A stretch of DNA of 64,000 nt from assembly GCF_009914755.1 (NCBI RefSeq), contig NC_060937.1, one strand, 5' to 3'. A program made the translations under genes and the position numbers. Position 1 is the first letter of the stretch, and the number at the start of each line of letters is the position of its first letter. Below the pieces are notes generated by a model. It was not told the origin of the DNA. It made no database searches and was given only the letters and a program-made list of their open reading frames with translations. Source of the DNA: the human T2T-CHM13v2.0 reference genome, Homo sapiens. Shown in pieces: positions 60,536-64,000 of this stretch.

Positions 60536-60674
60536 AGCCAGGTACAGTGGCTCATGCCTATAATCCCAGCACTGAGGTTTGCTTGAGGAGGGAGGAGGAT
60601 TGCTTGAGCCTAGGAGTTTGAGACCAGCCAGGACAACACAGCGAGATCCCATCTCTATGAAAGAAAAAAAAAAA
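60536..60674 (+). mobile_element. Alu monomer (FLAM/AluJ left-arm-like)
   Basis: agccaggtacagtggctcatgcctataatcccagcac...cccatctctatg followed by A tail; single arm only. Confidence 0.9.
60610..60654 (-). CDS. ABCC4: Alternative terminal exon of short ABCC4 isoform (coding part RWDLAVLSWLVSNS*), exonised antisense Alu monomer
   Basis: T11CTTTCATAG|AGA TGG GAT CTC GCT GTG TTG TCC TGG CTG GTC TCA AAC TCC TAG; same phase (0) as exon 21; peptide matches my recollection of the 859-aa MRP4 isoform C-terminus (845+14). Confidence 0.85.
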   Translation of the reverse strand, partial: RWDLAVLSWLVSNS

Positions 60675-62332
60675 CATATTCAATGGGCTGGCAGCAGATT
60701 GGGATAAGAGAAAGAATCAATGACCCTAAAGACAGAGCAATACAAATTATCCAAATGAAAGACAAAAATAAAAAAGACTGAAAGACTGGAATGCAACACC
60801 CTAGATCTTGGAGCTACACCAAACAGTCTAACATACTATCATTTTCAGTCCCAGAAGTTAAGGAGTTAAAAGAGAAAGAAAAGAAAAGTGTATCAAAACA
60901 TAAAGTACTCATAATTTTCCAAAATTAAATAAAAATACCAACCCACATATTGAAGCTCATTAATCCCAAGAAGGATACTAAACACATATAGTCAAACAGC
61001 AAAAACTCAAAGAGGAAATTGTTTTAAAAAGCAGCCATGAAGAGTCATAATGTATAGTGCAACAAGCATAATAATGATGGTTTCTCATCAGAAACAATGA
61101 AGGGAGAAGACAATGATGTGATATATGTACAGTACCAAAAAAAGGAAAAAAAAAGAAAACTGTCAACCTAGAATCTTCTATCTGTTGAAAAGATCATTAA
61201 AAACAAAGTTGAAATAAAGACATGCTCAGATGGGCAAAAGCTAGGAGAAGGTCTCTAGCAAACCAGCCTGAAAGGAAGTTCTTCAGGCTTAAGGAAAATG
61301 ATACCAGATGGAAGCTCAGACTTCAGAAAGAAATAAAGAGCACTGGAAAGGACAAATATGTGAATAAATATAAAACACAATTTTCTATAATATGTATGCA
61401 CATACATGCATACATATGTATAAATTTCTTTAAAAGACCATTGGTTATTTAAAGCAAAATGGACCCAATATATCATGAAGTTTATAGCATATGTAGAAGT
61501 AAACAATATGACAACATAAGCCCAAAGAATAGCAGAAATAAATTATATAATAGTAAGATTATTCTATTGTTTGCAAATTTGGTAGGAAATTATTTGAAAA
61601 TAGATTGCAATAAACTTAAATGGATATGTAAACTCTAGAGCAACCACTAAAAACAATAACATAAAGAGTAGAGCTAAAAATGTGATAGAAAAAATAAAAT
61701 AAGAACATATATTCTATTCACTGCAAAGAAGGAAAAGAACATATGAGACTAACAGAAGACAAATACCAAGATGGTAGACTTAAAACCAACCGTATCTATA
61801 ATTACATTAAATGTACATGGATGAAACTCCACATAAAATGACAGAGAATTTCAGCTGAGCATTTAAAAAGCCAGACCTAATTAGATGCTGCTTACAACAA
61901 AGACTGTAAATACAGAGAGAGAGAGAGATACCAAGCAAAAACACCCCACTCTTAGTAAATGACAGAACAGTGGACAAAAATTCAGTAAAGATACTGAAGA
62001 TCCAGATATTATAAGCCAACTTGACCTGTCATTTTTAGAACTCTATACTCCACAGCTACAGAATATACATTCTTTTTTTTTTTTTTTTTTTTTTTCAAAT
62101 GCACAGGGGACCGTTACCAAAGTAAAGTAAATACTGGGCCATTAAAGAAGTCTCAATACATTTCAAAGGTTAGAAATATTACAGAATATGTTATCGAATT
62201 ACAACAAGGCTAATTAGAAATCAGTAGCAGTAAGGTTTTTTAAAAAAAAAAAATCCCTAAATCTTTAGAAATGAAGTTATATACTCCATAATAACTCACT
62301 ACTAAAATATTACTTCAGAAAGTCAACTCATG

Positions 62333-62637
<305 letters not shown>

Positions 62638-64000
62638 TCATAAATATTCTGAACTGTAGATAATGAAAACACAACATATCAAAATCATTGGATGCAGCTA
62701 AGCAATACTTAGAGGAAGTATAACTTTAAATGCATATATTATGAAACAAATGAAAACCAACAGATTAATGTTCAATCTTAAAAAGCTAAAGAAAAAGATA
62801 AATTAAATCAATGTAACTTAAAAAATATAAGAAATTAATGAAATAGAAAATCTACCAACTACAGAGAAAATTACAAAATCAAACATGAATTCACTGGAAA
62901 AAAAATCAAAATTGATAAACTCCAAGCTAAACTGATTGACAGAAACAAATTATCAGTGTCAGGAATAAAAGAAGAAATTTCACTATAGATTATAAAGACA
63001 TTAAATGGACAAATGTGAGATTATGAACAGTTTCATGCAAAAAGTTCTCCAGTGAAGACGAAATAAGCAAATGTATTAAAAACCACAATTTGCAAAACAG
63101 GAAATATTCACAAATGCCTAATATTAAACATATACAAATACACTTATGTATATTAAAAACTAAAAAATCAACAAGATTTTTAAAAACACGTTTTAAAAAG
63201 CTGGCAGGAGATCTGAACCAGTATTTCAGAAAATAAGACACTTGAATGGCCAATTAGCCTGTATGGAAAAAGCTCAATATTAATCATCAAGGCAATGCAA
63301 ATGGATCATCTATACTCTACTAAAAAGAATAAAAACAAAAAGATTGATCATACTAAATGTTGGCGAGGATGTGGAGCAACTAGAATGCTCATATATTGCC
63401 ACTGGGTGTGTAAAATAGTACAACCATTATAAAAATCCTTGTCATAGTTTGATTTTTGGTTTTTAAAGTGAACTTTACGAACCCAGCAATTCCACTCCTA
63501 TGCATTTTATCTGAGATGAATGAAAACATATGTAGTGTACCCATAAACACTTCTATAAGAACATTCATTGCTAAAAACTGGCAACAATTCAAATACCCAT
63601 CAATCAGAGAGTAGACAAATAAATGTTGATGTCATCATACAATGAAATATCACTCAGAAAAAGAAAACAAAGAAATGAACCACTGAAACATACACAGAAC
63701 TCAAAAACATGGTGAACAAAAGAATCCAGCCACAGAAAAATTATTGGTTCCATTTATACGTAGTTCAAGAACAGGAAAACTAATTGATGTTGACAGAAAT
63801 CTGGAAGAGGTGTAGAGGTGTGAAAATTGACTGCAGAGGAGCAAAGGAGACTTCCTGAGGAGATGGAAATGCTCTACATCTTGTTTTAGAGGGTGGATAT
63901 TGGAATGTACACAATTAGTAAAATTCAACCTAAAAAAAACTGTCGATTTTATTGTATATAAACTATACCTCAATAAAAATAGATAGGGTAAAAAAAATAT

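Overview
Human (primate) genomic DNA lying entirely inside ABCC4 (MRP4, ABC transporter subfamily C; chr13q32 from memory), transcribed on the - strand. Nine coding exons (21-29 of the 31-exon form; numbering inferred from the recalled protein) can be read off with GT-AG sites. They total 1200 nt = 400 codons with no stop, about residues 846-1245: the back half of MSD2 and most of NBD2. Intron 20 (47753-64000) holds an Alu-monomer-derived alternative terminal exon (60610-60654, RWDLAVLSWLVSNS*), a near-full-length dead L1PB-type element and older L1M debris. The rest is about 30 Alus, MIR/L2, MER20, MER58A, a Tigger4-type MITE, a THE1 solo LTR and microsatellites. Almost all ORF-track entries are repeat-derived or chance ORFs. 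I see no wholly new gene system. The best leads are (i) transposon-supplied early-termination points that would give NBD2-less MRP4, (ii) two short templated duplications copied from 1-1.4 kb away, (iii) a candidate UG-repeat/TDP-43 cryptic poison exon and (iv) an antisense LTR with an intact DUX4 site. Repeat subfamily names come from remembered consensus sequences and their boundaries are approximate.
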